The notes under the pieces were generated by a model that saw nothing but the letters and a program-made list of their open reading frames with translations, was not told where the DNA came from and searched no databases. The position numbers were made by a program, and so were the translations under genes. From an uncultured Chloroflexia bacterium (GTDB lineage Bacteria; Chloroflexota; Limnocylindria; Limnocylindrales; CSP1-4), in the NCBI GenBank assembly GCA_963766735.1, contig CAVYBU010000006.1, positions 32,001-96,000 on the forward strand: a stretch of 64,000 nucleotides of DNA, read 5' to 3'. Shown piece by piece: positions 1 to 10,105 of the stretch; position 1 is the stretch's first letter, and the number at the start of each line of letters is the position of its first letter.

Positions 1-85
1 TCACCGGCCCACTGACAATCGGCCCACCCGCCAACAATCCGTACATGATCCAAGCGCAAACGCTTGTGGGCGGGACCTACGCTTC

Positions 86-520
86 GTGCGGATCTTCGAT
101 CACGGTGTCCAAGAAGTGAGCCGCCGAGTGCGGCGGCAGCAGGGTCAAGGGCTCGCCGAGTTTGCCCTTGTCCTCCCGGTTCTCATCCTCCTCTTGATGG
201 GGGTCTTCGATTTCGGCCGGGCGATCATGGCATACAACACTGTCGCCAACGGCGCACGTGGGGCGATGCGAGCCGCGATCGTCGACCAGAACACGACCGT
301 GATCCGCGACGCGGCCCTTGTGCAGATGACGTCTCTAGATGGCGACGGCATCACCGTGAGCTACACGCCCTGCGCGACGCCCAAGATTGGCTGTGCGGCA
401 TCGATCGCCGTGTCGTATGTCTGGAGTCCGATCACACCTGTGATCGGCACGATTGTCGGACCAATCACGCTCTCGTCGACTACTTCGATGCCGACGGAAC
501 GCGTCTACACGAGTCCTTGA
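86..520 (+). CDS. TadE-like minor pilin (Flp/Tad pilus)
   Basis: GQGLAEFALVLP prepilin motif followed by a TM helix and FDFGR...ANGARGAMR, typical of TadE. Confidence 0.9.
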   Translation: MRIFDHGVQEVSRRVRRQQGQGLAEFALVLPVLILLLMGVFDFGRAIMAYNTVANGARGAMRAAIVDQNTTVIRDAALVQMTSLDGDGITVSYTPCATPKIGCAASIAVSYVWSPITPVIGTIVGPITLSSTTSMPTERVYTSP

Positions 521-530
521 GGGAACCATC

Positions 531-1676
531 ATGAAGACTGGACAGAGCTTCAGACGCCAAGGCGGACAAGTGCTCGTCCTGTTTGCGCTCGCTCTGGTCG
601 CGATCATTGCTGCGGTCGGGCTGGTTGTCGACGTCGGGTATGCGTGGTCAGAGCAGCGACACGATCAGAATGCGTCGGATGCGGCGGCTCGCGCCGGGGC
701 GACCGTTCTGGCGCGCAAGGCGGCGGAGGGCTCGGACACGACCCTCACGTCCGCACAATGGGACGAGGCGGTGCGCAACGCCGTCAGCGTCTCAGCAACC
801 ACGAACGGCACCGCGGTCCTAGCCGCAACGTACACGGACTACCTGGGCAATGCCCTTGCGGGCTCACCCACCGTGGGCGGAGGGAGTGTTCCAGCCGGGG
901 CCGCCGGCGTGTACGCCACGACGGGCCGAACGGCTGGCACATACTTCGTGCGGGTTGTTGGCATCAACCAGTGGAACATTGCGACGCAGGCGACTGCCGT
1001 CTCCGGGCCGTCGACGGGATGTCTCGAGACGGTCGACAGATGCGTGTTCCTGCCGGTGACGTTCCCTGTCACCGTCTACGGCTGCGACAGCACCGGGAAG
1101 ACGCAACTTGGCACGCTGCCTTGGGAGTCCGGGGTCGAGCTCACGCTTCCGCTCTGTGGAGGAAACCCGGGGAGCGTCGGATGGATCGACTGGAACCCGC
1201 CGGACGGTGGGGTCCCCGAAATCATCGCCTCCATCGAGAACCCCCCCGACATCGACATCCCGCTGCCATCGTGGAAGTACATCACCGAGACTGGCGGCAT
1301 CTCGGCGATCACGCTCGAGGATGCGATCAACGTGTACGCCGGTCAGGTCGTCTGGATCCCGATGTTCGACTCGACCTGCAACATCACGCCAACGCCAACC
1401 GATCCGGAGGTCAGTGGATGTCCGCCTGAGAATGTGGGGGGCAGTGGCGTAAATCAGTGGTACCACATCCCAAGATTCCTGGCGTTCAGGCTCTCCGATC
1501 CGCAGGGCGCCTTCATTAACGGGAACAACTCCGTTGCGTGCGAGGCTGCCCCGAACGCGACACAGTGCCTGAAGGGGACCTGGGTGCAGTTCGTCGACAA
1601 GGGGTCCGTTGGACCGCCCTGTACGGGTGGGGACTGCCCGAAGGGGACGGCCTTCGCAGTCCAGCTGGTTCGCTAG
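531..1676 (+). CDS. TadG-like Flp pilus assembly protein
   Basis: GQVLVLFAL...LVVDVG...QNASDAAARAGA Tad N-terminal motif and a Cys-rich C-terminal domain. ATG at 531 follows a GAGGGA RBS. Confidence 0.88.
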   Translation: MKTGQSFRRQGGQVLVLFALALVAIIAAVGLVVDVGYAWSEQRHDQNASDAAARAGATVLARKAAEGSDTTLTSAQWDEAVRNAVSVSATTNGTAVLAATYTDYLGNALAGSPTVGGGSVPAGAAGVYATTGRTAGTYFVRVVGINQWNIATQATAVSGPSTGCLETVDRCVFLPVTFPVTVYGCDSTGKTQLGTLPWESGVELTLPLCGGNPGSVGWIDWNPPDGGVPEIIASIENPPDIDIPLPSWKYITETGGISAITLEDAINVYAGQVVWIPMFDSTCNITPTPTDPEVSGCPPENVGGSGVNQWYHIPRFLAFRLSDPQGAFINGNNSVACEAAPNATQCLKGTWVQFVDKGSVGPPCTGGDCPKGTAFAVQLVR

Positions 1677-1734
1677 GCGATCCCTCGCTTTGGCGGCAAC
1701 GTGCGAGCCGCCAACCTTGCCTGGTGGATAAACT

Positions 1735-1763
1735 GAGCGGAGGGCACCAGCCCTCCGCTCTTT
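1735..1763 (+). terminator. Intrinsic terminator-like hairpin
   Basis: GAGCGGAGGGC-ACCA-GCCCTCCGCTC followed by TTT, downstream of the first tadG. Confidence 0.7.
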
Positions 1764-1892
1764 CGATTCCCGGGGTACTTCTTCGGGCGCTGAAGCGGAC
1801 CGATGGGCTATGCACCCGCGCACCGTTTCAAGCCACGCTGCAAGCCGTGACACCGAGCATCCTGCTCAGTCACCTCCGCAGCGTGTGGTTCG

Positions 1893-2753
1893 ATGCTCAC
1901 TTCCGTCCTCAGGCGAATCCGAAGGCACCGCGCGACCCGGTCCCGCGGCCAGAGCCTGGTGGAGTTCGCGCTGATCCTGCCCCTGCTCATGGTGTTGTTC
2001 GCGACCACCCTGGACCTGGGCCGGCTCGCCCTGTCCCAGCTCTCCATCACGAACGCCGCCCGGGAGGGTGCGTTCCAGGCCTCGACGACGCCGGCCAGCT
2101 TCGATAACACGCAGGGCTGCCCGGCCGACGGCAAGACCAACCTGGTCGTGTGCCGCGTGCTGCTCGAGGCGAAGGCGTCCGGCATCACGATCGCGCCAGC
2201 CGATATCACCCGGACGTGCTCCCCGTCGGGCTGCGCGACCGGGCTGGGCAACCGGGTCACGGTGTCCGTCGTGGGCCACTTCCAGCTGCTGACCCCGCTC
2301 CTCGCCGGCTTCTTCGGCGGATCGCAGGCCATCACGTTCACGCGGTCGTCGACGAGCCAGATCGAGACGCTCCCCGACCCGCCCGTGGTCTACCCGAATC
2401 CGACCCCGACGCCGAGCCCGACACCGACGCCGGATCCGTCCGCCTCGCCTTCGGCCGAGCCGACGCCGACCGCGATGCCGGCCTGCACGATCCCGAGCGC
2501 CGGGTTCACGTTCACGGTCTCGCCCGTGAGCCACCAGCCGCCGGTGACGATCTCGGTCGTCGACACCACCACCTCGCCCAACTGCGCGATCACCTCCTGG
2601 TTCTGGAACTGGGATGACGGATCGACCTCCCTGCTCCAGAACCCCGGGAGCCACACGTACGGGGTCGAGGGAACGTACGAGGTCACGCTCAGGGTGACCA
2701 ATGCGGCCGGCTCCAACACCACCGGTTCCGTCCAGGTGAAGGTGAAGAAGTGA
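1893..2753 (+). CDS. TadE-like pilin with PT-rich linker and C-terminal PKD domain
   Basis: GQSLVEFALILP, NAAREGA, a PTPTPSPT linker and the PKD signature W-WNWDDG...SHTY..GTYEVTLRVTN. Confidence 0.88.
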   Translation: MLTSVLRRIRRHRATRSRGQSLVEFALILPLLMVLFATTLDLGRLALSQLSITNAAREGAFQASTTPASFDNTQGCPADGKTNLVVCRVLLEAKASGITIAPADITRTCSPSGCATGLGNRVTVSVVGHFQLLTPLLAGFFGGSQAITFTRSSTSQIETLPDPPVVYPNPTPTPSPTPTPDPSASPSAEPTPTAMPACTIPSAGFTFTVSPVSHQPPVTISVVDTTTSPNCAITSWFWNWDDGSTSLLQNPGSHTYGVEGTYEVTLRVTNAAGSNTTGSVQVKVKK

Positions 2754-3217
2754 GCGCACCGCGAAGCAACCGCAGGCGCCAGAAGAGCCTCGGGCAGGGG
2801 CTGGTGGAGTTCTCGCTGGTCCTGATCCCGTTCCTGTGGATCCTGATGGGCATCCTTGACCTTGGCCGCGGGATCTACACCGCCAACGGCGTGGGACAGG
2901 CGGCCCGCGAGCTCGCACGAGCCACCAGCGTCCACACCTGCAATACCAGCGTTTCCCCGTGCACCCTGGGCACGTCCCCCGAGACGGCCGCAGTGCTGGG
3001 CACCCAGCAGAACCTGGTCCCGGGCCTCGGCGGCCCCGGATCGACCGTCACGTACACCTGCACCACGATCACGGATGCCGTGCTGCCGAGCACCTCGTGC
3101 ACGTCGGGCTCCTTCGTCCGGGTGACGGTCTCCGTGCCGTTCTCGGTGATCACGCCGCTGCTCAGCATGGTCGCCCCGGCGACCCTCTCCTCCACCACGC
3201 ACATCCAGATCCCGTGA
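2750..3217 (+). CDS. TadE-like minor pilin
   Basis: GQGLVEFSLVL...LDLGR...QAARELAR; GTGA overlap with the upstream gene. Confidence 0.88.
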   Translation: MSAPRSNRRRQKSLGQGLVEFSLVLIPFLWILMGILDLGRGIYTANGVGQAARELARATSVHTCNTSVSPCTLGTSPETAAVLGTQQNLVPGLGGPGSTVTYTCTTITDAVLPSTSCTSGSFVRVTVSVPFSVITPLLSMVAPATLSSTTHIQIP

Positions 3218-3225
3218 AGGAGCAC

Positions 3226-4164
3226 ATGACCATGAGTGCCGCCATCGACGGCGAGCGCCAGCGGGGCCAGATGCTGGCACTCTTCGCCATCTGCCTGGTC
3301 GCGATCATCGCGATGACCGGCCTGGTCATCGACGGCGGCATGACCTTCACCCAGCGCCGGGACCAGCAGAACGTCGCCGATGCTGCGGCGATGGCGGGCG
3401 CATACGCCTACGCCATGACCAGCGACGCGGCTACCGCGGTCACCCAGGCGCAGAACACCGCGACGGCGAACGGCTACACGCACGGCCAGGACGGCGCGAT
3501 CGTGAACGTCACGGTGTCGACCGCGACCGGCGTTGCCACCGTCATCGCGAGCGTGACCAAGCCGCACCGCAACTACTTCTCCGGGATCGTCGGGTTCGGG
3601 TCCTGGGACGTGTCCGTGACCGCCAGCGCGATCGCCGGCCTGCCGAATGCCGCCATGGGGGCGATGCCGCTCCTGTTCAACAAGAAGGCGTTCCCGGGCG
3701 GCCACGGACCGGCCAACGAGGTTGCGTTCGATGAGCCGGGCGTAGGCAACGAGGATGTCCCGCAGACCGCCGACCAGTTCAACTGGACGGTGTACTGCAC
3801 CGCGAGTGGCAACCCGTGCAACGCCGATTCGAGCACGGTCCGCGGCCTCATCAACGGCGACGGCAAGTCCACGGTGGTCAAGCTCTCGGACGAGATCGGG
3901 CCGCTCAATGCCGGCGCCCACACGACGCTGTTCAGCGACCTCGCCGCCTACGTGGGGCAGGAGTTCCCAATCGCGATCGTGAACGACGACGGCGAGATGC
4001 AAGGCTGGGCGATGTTCCATCTCACCGGGTCCGTCGGCGGCAGCACCAAGCAGATCCGCGGGTACTTCGTGTCGCCGGTGAATGCCACCTCCCTGTCGAT
4101 CGTCGGGGGCGGCGGCAACGCCAGCGGCAACTTCGGCGACACGGTGGTGAAGCTGACGAACTGA
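3226..4164 (+). CDS. TadG-like Flp pilus assembly protein
   Basis: GQMLALFAI...LVIDGG...QNVADAAAMAGA; AAGGAG RBS before ATG 3226. Confidence 0.88.
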   Translation: MTMSAAIDGERQRGQMLALFAICLVAIIAMTGLVIDGGMTFTQRRDQQNVADAAAMAGAYAYAMTSDAATAVTQAQNTATANGYTHGQDGAIVNVTVSTATGVATVIASVTKPHRNYFSGIVGFGSWDVSVTASAIAGLPNAAMGAMPLLFNKKAFPGGHGPANEVAFDEPGVGNEDVPQTADQFNWTVYCTASGNPCNADSSTVRGLINGDGKSTVVKLSDEIGPLNAGAHTTLFSDLAAYVGQEFPIAIVNDDGEMQGWAMFHLTGSVGGSTKQIRGYFVSPVNATSLSIVGGGGNASGNFGDTVVKLTN

Positions 4165-4204
4165 GTCGGGCGGGCGCCGACCCTTCGACGGGACGGCGCC
4201 CAGC

Positions 4205-4975
4205 TCAGCGGATGCCGGTGTCGTAGGCCACGTCGAGCCAGGCCACGTCGCCGTCGGTGACGATGAACGTGACGGGGGACGCCGTCCCCATGAGCCCTTC
4301 GACGGGCTGCGGCTCGAGCATGTACTCGCCGGGCTCGAGCGCGAACCGGAAGAGGCCGCTCCCGTCGGTCGTGTAGCTGGCGACCTCCCCGCCGGCGCCG
4401 TCGCGGACGAGCAGCACGGCTCCCGCCACCATCCGCGGTGCGCAGGCCGGGTCGTTCGGACGCTCCACCGGGCAGGTGGGACCGGCCGTCACCCGCCCGC
4501 CCGCTCCCGGGCCCTTCGCATCGCGGCGGAGGCCGGCGAGGAGCTGGTCGTTGAGCGGGGAGCCCTCCTCCGAAACGAACGTGACGGTGCCGTCGGTGGT
4601 GACGTCCCAGGTCCAGGTATGGCGGTCGATGCAGCCGGCCTGGCAGTCGCCCCAGCCCGCGGTGAACCTGACCGTCCAGCCGGTCGGGGGATCCGTCCCG
4701 TCCAGCGGCTGGGTCTCCCACCAGCGGTCCTGGCCGATCATGTCCGGGTTCACCGGGCCGAAGGTGTCGAACAGCGGGGTCCGCGCCTGCACGGCTTGCA
4801 CGGCGGCCTCCGGGGAGTCGACCGGCGCGGGCGTCGGGGTTGGGGCGGACGCGCTGCACGCGGCGAGGACGGCGGCGACGAGCGCAAGGACCGCGAGGGG
4901 CAGGAGCACGACGGCGGAGGCGCGGGCGGGAGATCGCATGGCCCGCTGACGGGCGACGGGCGCGGCAGGTTCCAT
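4205..4975 (-). CDS. Putative lipoprotein with C-terminal carboxypeptidase-regulatory-like beta-sandwich
   Basis: Hydrophobic stretch ending in LAAC lipobox; GWGDCQAGCI and AGPTCPVE motifs; TTDGSG.F...L.PGEY. Start is 4975 or 4939. Confidence 0.7.
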   Translation of the reverse strand: MEPAAPVARQRAMRSPARASAVVLLPLAVLALVAAVLAACSASAPTPTPAPVDSPEAAVQAVQARTPLFDTFGPVNPDMIGQDRWWETQPLDGTDPPTGWTVRFTAGWGDCQAGCIDRHTWTWDVTTDGTVTFVSEEGSPLNDQLLAGLRRDAKGPGAGGRVTAGPTCPVERPNDPACAPRMVAGAVLLVRDGAGGEVASYTTDGSGLFRFALEPGEYMLEPQPVEGLMGTASPVTFIVTDGDVAWLDVAYDTGIR

Positions 4976-5004
4976 CAGCGGACAGCGTAGCCGACGCCGG
5001 AGCG

Positions 5005-5335
5005 TCAGGCCAAGAGCCTGAGGGCTGCGGCCTTCATGCCCGGCAGATCGTCCCGAACAGTCGCCGCCACGACGTCCACGTCGAGATCCTCGTACTCGTG
5101 GGCGATGATCGTCCGCATGCCCTTGGCGGCAACCCAGTCGACATCGGGGGCTGCGGCCAGCGTGTCCGCACCGATGGACTTGACCTTCTCGCCGATGTCC
5201 TCGAGACGCTTGGCAATCGCGTCGACTGCCATGTCGTCCTCCGGCCAGCCAGACCCAACTTGCTCCAGGTAGCTCTCGATCTTCTCGATGTGCTCGACGA
5301 TCCGGTCGCAGGGCCTCCCTATCTCGCGGCGTCAT
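5005..5335 (-). CDS. HepT-like (DUF86/HEPN) ribonuclease toxin, apparent +1 frameshift near 5310
   Basis: R-x4-H motif (MRTIIAHEY) and W...KGMR. The N-terminus MTPRDREAL joins DRIVEHIEKIESY if one base is removed. Overlaps the MNT stop. Confidence 0.8.
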
Positions 5336-6197
5336 AGAGAACCACCCCATCCCGCTTGATGCGCTCCGCGAGCGAGCGTCGCCTCACCGGCGCGGTGACG
5401 ATGTCGACGTCTCGGCCGAAGAGGCTCTCCACCTCGGCCCAGAGCCGGACTCGATCACCGACGCTCGTCAGATACCCCGGCCTGGGCTCGACAAGCAGGT
5501 CGACATCGGAGTCCTCGCGGAAGTCGGCGCGTGTCGCCGACCCGAAGGCAAGGATGCGCCGGAGGCCATGGGTCTTCGCGAGGCGATCAAGTCGGCGGCG
5601 GCTGGGGCCATGAACCATCGGGTTCAGTCGTCCGAGGGGTGCCGCGTCGAAGTCTCCGCGGCGTGTCCGATCGGGGAACGTCCTCTCGATCGATCCCGCC
5701 AGGATGCGGAGGCCCTCTGCTCGCGTGCGCGCGGACGCGTCGTACGGAAAGCTGCTCGAGGAGATCCTCCTTGCGAACGAACTCCACCTTCAGGTCGGTG
5801 GCGAGCGCCTGCAGCCTCGCAACGACCCGCTCCACCCGCGCCTCGTCCTCCGGTCGAGTGAAGCGTCGAAAGACGATGAGTGCGTTGCCGGCGTCGATCC
5901 CGGCAAACTCCACGGCGGGGTTGCCGACCGCGATCGCCCCAAGCGCCGCGCTCGCAGGAAGGATGGCAAGGGCGAATTCGCGCACCGCCTCCGTGCGGGC
6001 CGAGGCGACGATCGAGTAGCGATGGTCATCGCAGGCTGCCAGCCCCTCCGCTCGCAGCGTCTCGAGAGCCTTCTCGGCTCCCGTGTACGACGATACGGAG
6101 CAGCCGTGACCATCTCGGCCGTGCGAAGACCGGCCTCGTCCTGGTCGAGTACCAGCAGGGCTCGAAGTGCGTGCTCGGAGGCCACCAGTCGGGTCAT
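5319..6197 (-). CDS. Minimal nucleotidyltransferase antitoxin with N-terminal winged-HTH extension (frameshifts near 6095 and 5740)
   Basis: C-terminal FGSATRADFREDSDVDLLVE MNT motif. Upstream frames join into a HTH-like segment (LRALLVL...LRTAEMV...SYTGAEKALETLRAEGL). A promoter abuts ATG 6197. Confidence 0.72.
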
Positions 6198-6232
6198 GGA
6201 CAGATAATCACTCCAGCAGAGTGACAAGTCAA
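6198..6232 (-). promoter_or_regulatory. Sigma70-like leaderless promoter with operator inverted repeat
   Basis: On the minus strand: TTGACT-17 bp-GATTAT-6 nt-ATG. Inverted repeat TCACTC-N5-GAGTGA (6208-6224) covers the spacer. Confidence 0.6.
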
Positions 6233-6488
6233 CACGCCCATCGTGGTTGGACGAGGTGTCGGACATGAAACAGCGGGCTCGCGGTCCGGCCATTGCTCCG
6301 GTCGGCCGGGGGTTCCTGCGTCCGGTGCCTCGAAGGTCTTCCGGATCGGTGGTCGGCCAGTTTGGAGCCGGCGTTCGGTTTGCTCGTACCAGCGGGCCGC
6401 GAGCCTCGCGTGCCCCAACCATCGCACCGTGGGCGCACCAAACGGAGGGCCGAACGTCCCGAGTTTCAGGCTGGGTCCGGGAGCGGCC

Positions 6489-8119
6489 CTACTCGGGGCC
6501 CAGGTCGTAGCCCATCACGCGGGGGACACGGACCAGCCAGCGGAGCGGCGGCGGGACGTAGACGCCGGTGTCGTCGCGCTGCTCCGCCTCCACGATGGCC
6601 TCGCGGATCACGCGCGCGCCCAGGTACCGGAACGGCTCCGGCGGGAAGCGCCGCGCGCGGTGACCCACCAGCGGCAGCCGCGTCACCGGGTCGTCAAGCC
6701 GGTCCAGGGCCAGCGCGGCGAGGATCCGCCCGCCCAGCCAGCACGGCCCCACGCCGTTCCCTGAGAAGCCGTGGCCCCAGTGGATCCGGCCGCGATCCCG
6801 GGCGCCGGCTCGCTCGCCGTCGCGGCCCGCCACCCCGGCCACCGTTTCGGCCTCCGTCCAGCCCGCCGTCCAGGGTCCCGAACGCCGGCAGGTGGTCCGG
6901 GGAGATGTCGATGGGGCCGCCCCAGGCGTCCTCCAGCGCGACGTCGTCCAGCATCGGGAACCAGCGCCGGAACCCGCGGGCGGCCAGCGCGGTGGAGCCG
7001 CGGTCCCGCGTCACCCAGTCGCCGGTGCGCCCGCCGTAGCCCGCCCGGCCGCCGCCGCCGCCGAACGCGATGCGCCCATCGGCGGTGGTCCGGACGTAGT
7101 GGTTGGTGAACCGGCAGTCGGAGATCCCCTCCCCGCCCGTCCAGCCGATCTCCCGCAGGCGGTCCGGGATCGGCTCGGTCAGGACCATGTAGCTGGACCA
7201 CGTGATGAGCCGGCTGCCGAAGCCGCCGCCGGGCCAGCCCGCCGCCCAGGCATTCAGCCCGAGCACGACGTGGGACGCGGTGATGGTGGCCCCGGCGTCC
7301 GTGACGATGCGCACGACGTCCCCCTCGCGGCGCGCGGCGGTGGCGCGGGTGCCTTCGTGGATGGTCACGCCACGCTCCAGCAGGACACGCCGGAGCCCGC
7401 GCGCCAGGCGGGCGGGGTGGACCGTGGCGTCCGACGGGCTCAACAGCCCGCCCCGGAGCACGGGAGAGGCACAGCGGGCCTGGACCTCCGCCGCGGACAG
7501 CTCCCGGGCGCTGTCCTCCACGCCCAGGCGTCGCGTCAGCCCGAGGAGGTCGTCCCACGCCCCATCCTGCGCGGGTGACGAGGCGGCCAGGATGGACCCC
7601 GCGGGCGTGAACCAGGCATCGACTCCGTGGCGCACCGTCCACTCCCCGATCGCCGCCGGCGCCTCCTCGAGGGCCTCGGCCGTCGCCAGGCCTTGCTCGT
7701 CTCCGAAGTGAGCGACGAGCGACGGCAGGTGGTCCCAGCCGCCGGTCACGAACCCGCCGTTGCGGCCCGACGCACCGCCACCCACGATGTCCGCCTCGAG
7801 CAGGACGATCCTGGTTTCGGGCGCCTGCTCGGTCAGCCACCACGCGGTCCAGAGACCGGTGAAGCCACCGCCGATGATCGCCACGTCCGCCGTCCCGTCG
7901 CCCGGACGGCGGCGGACAGGGCGCGCCCGGGTCCGCATCGAGCGCCTCCCGCAGCCACCAGGCACGCCGGTTGCCGGGCCGGAGGGTTACGAGGTCACGG
8001 GCAACCAGTCGCCGCAGGCGAGCGCGATCCTCACGGCCACGGGTGCTCGGGTGGGCGGCGGGCGGGGCGTCTGCGGTGGGTTGAGCGTCAGCGACAGGTG
8101 GATCGACGGGCGGGGTCAT
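6489..8119 (-). CDS. FAD-dependent oxidoreductase (DAO/PuuB-like), split by frameshifts
   Basis: DVAIIGGGFTGL, GASGRNGG, WGGPID and GFSGNGVG motifs spread over three frames (breaks near 7900 and 6800). Confidence 0.8.
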
Positions 8120-8136
8120 CGGCGTGGTCGGCCGCG

Positions 8137-8988
8137 TCAGCCGGCCGGTCGGTCCGGCGCAGAGAGCGCGGCGTGGGCGGCGGGGGCTGCGAGGCAGCTG
8201 GGGCGGCGATGACAGCCCGCTCGATGTCGTCCAGCTTCGCGCGGATCGCCGCGGATCGGTCCTCCTGCTCGGCCAGCAGCAGGCGCAGCTCGTCCAGCTC
8301 CGCCCCGATCGATCCCGTCGGCTGGGGATCGCGTTGGGCCAGCCTTCCGGGGCGCCAGGAAAGCGTTGGCGATGAAGCCGGTCAGCACCGAGAACAGGGC
8401 AATCCCCGCGAACAGCAGGAAGACGCCGACCACCCGGCCCTCTTGGTGACGGGGTAGAGATCCCCGTAGCCGACCGTGGTGATGGTCACCAGGCCCCACC
8501 AGATGGCGTCCCCGGCGCTGGTGATGTTGGCCCCGGGCGCACCCTCCTCGGCGTGGAAGACACCGATCGCCGGCGAACTCCACGACCAGGATCACGAGGA
8601 ACATCGTCAGGAAGAAGGTGGCGCTCGCCCTGCCGACGACGAGGTCCCGGACGATGCGCTTGGTGCCGGACTCGCGGGCGACGCGGATGACGCGGATGAC
8701 GCGGAAGACGCGGAAGACGCGGAGCAGGGGAATGACGGCGACCAGGTCCGCCCAGCCATAGTCCCGGATCAGATAGCCGGGCCGCGACGGCGCCGTCCTC
8801 AGACGGTAGAGGAAGTCGAACAGGAAGATCGGGATCGTGATGAACTCGATCGCCACCGCCACCTGCTGGGAAACGGACCCAGGCAACAGGAGGACGATGA
8901 CGAGGTTGGCCATGGACAGGATGCTGAGCAGGAAGATGAACAGCTCGTACCCGGAGCCCTTGAGTCCCTGCCGCCATTGCTCAGCCAT
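8137..8988 (-). CDS. Voltage-gated-type potassium channel (6TM), frameshifted
   Basis: S4-like LRVFRVFRVIRVIR. The pore WWGLVTITTVGYGDLYP lies in a shifted frame (~8445-8570). The 3' end is uncertain. Confidence 0.8.
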   Translation of the reverse strand: MAEQWRQGLKGSGYELFIFLLSILSMANLVIVLLLPGSVSQQVAVAIEFITIPIFLFDFLYRLRTAPSRPGYLIRDYGWADLVAVIPLLRVFRVFRVIRVIRVARESGTKRIVRDLVVGRASATFFLTMFLVILVVEFAGDRCLPRRGGCARGQHHQRRGRHLVGPGDHHHGRLRGSLPRHQEGRVVGVFLLFAGIALFSVLTGFIANAFLAPRKAGPTRSPADGIDRGGAGRAAPAAGRAGGPIRGDPREAGRHRAGCHRRPSCLAAPAAHAALSAPDRPAG

Positions 8989-9083
8989 GCGCCCTCACCT
9001 CGTCCCGCTCGTCGAGCATTGTGCCGGGTCCGGAACGGGTTCGGGGGGCGGTTTCCAGTTCGGCGGTGAGGTCCGCGCGACGA

Positions 9084-9935
9084 TCAGTCCGGTGACGGGC
9101 CGCGCGCGGCGGCCAGCTCCTGGCGCAGGGCAGCGATCTCGGCCCTGATGTCCGCCAGCTCGCTGACCGGAACCGTCACGGTTGCCGGGCCGTCGCCGAG
9201 GGCCGCCGCATCGCCCGTTGGCGACGCCGCCTCGGCCTTCGCTGCCTCCGGTTCCTCCGGTGTCGCGGGCGCGACCAGCATGGAGGCGAGGATGCTGGCC
9301 AGGGCACCGATGATGCCGATGCCGGCAACCATGACGAAGACGGCGGTCAATTGTCCCAGGAACGTCACGGGGTAGTGGTCGCCGTAGCCCACGGTGGTGA
9401 TGGTCACGATGCCCCACCAGATGGCATCGCCACCGTTCAGGATGTTGGCGTTGGGGTCCTTGCTCTCGAACTGCAGCACCAGCACGCTCGCCACGGAGAG
9501 CACGATCCCCGCCAGCAGGATCGTGATGAAGGTGGCGTACTCGCCGCGGTTCTTGAGCACGTCCACCACGAGGTCCTTGCCGGCCTGGCCCCGCAGCAGC
9601 TTGGTGATCCGCGCGAGGCGGCTGAGCCGGGCGAGGCGGAGGAGAGCGCCCAGCTGGAAGATCCCGATGCTCGGGACCGAGCCGAGCAGGTCCAGCCAGC
9701 CCCGCTCGCCGATGAAGTACCCCCGCTTCGGCTTCGACCCGGCGAGGTTCATGGCGAAGTCGATCAGGAAGATCACGCAGATGACGTTGTCGTAGAGGTT
9801 GACCAGCTGGCGCGTGTCGCCGTCCAGGGGCAGGAGCAGCACCACCATGAGGACCAGCGAGAAGATCGTCAGGACCAGGATGAAGATGTTGTACGAGTTG
9901 CCGTGCGTGCGCATCACCGGTGCTGCGGCGGTCAT
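9084..9935 (-). CDS. Voltage-gated-type potassium channel (6TM)
   Basis: S4 LLRLARLSRLARI, selectivity filter TTVGYGD and a C-terminal coiled coil. Confidence 0.92.
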   Translation of the reverse strand: MTAAAPVMRTHGNSYNIFILVLTIFSLVLMVVLLLPLDGDTRQLVNLYDNVICVIFLIDFAMNLAGSKPKRGYFIGERGWLDLLGSVPSIGIFQLGALLRLARLSRLARITKLLRGQAGKDLVVDVLKNRGEYATFITILLAGIVLSVASVLVLQFESKDPNANILNGGDAIWWGIVTITTVGYGDHYPVTFLGQLTAVFVMVAGIGIIGALASILASMLVAPATPEEPEAAKAEAASPTGDAAALGDGPATVTVPVSELADIRAEIAALRQELAAARGPSPD

Positions 9936-10105
9936 GCCTGCGGATCCTCCTCGTGGTGGGCCCTGTCGGGGCTGGCGCCATCCTACCTATTCGGACGAGG
10001 CTTCCGGGCACCGCGGGCGGTGGTATTGACGAGAGGGCCGGACTGTCACCGCTCTGTCACGCCCCCGCTGCACCATCCGCCGCGGGGAAGACGCCGGCCC
10101 TTGCC

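Noticed and set aside
1677-1892. c-di-GMP or other riboswitch between the Tad cassettes
   Set aside because: Hairpins are present (1690-1714, 1735-1760), but no recognisable aptamer consensus; a terminator plus promoter is sufficient.
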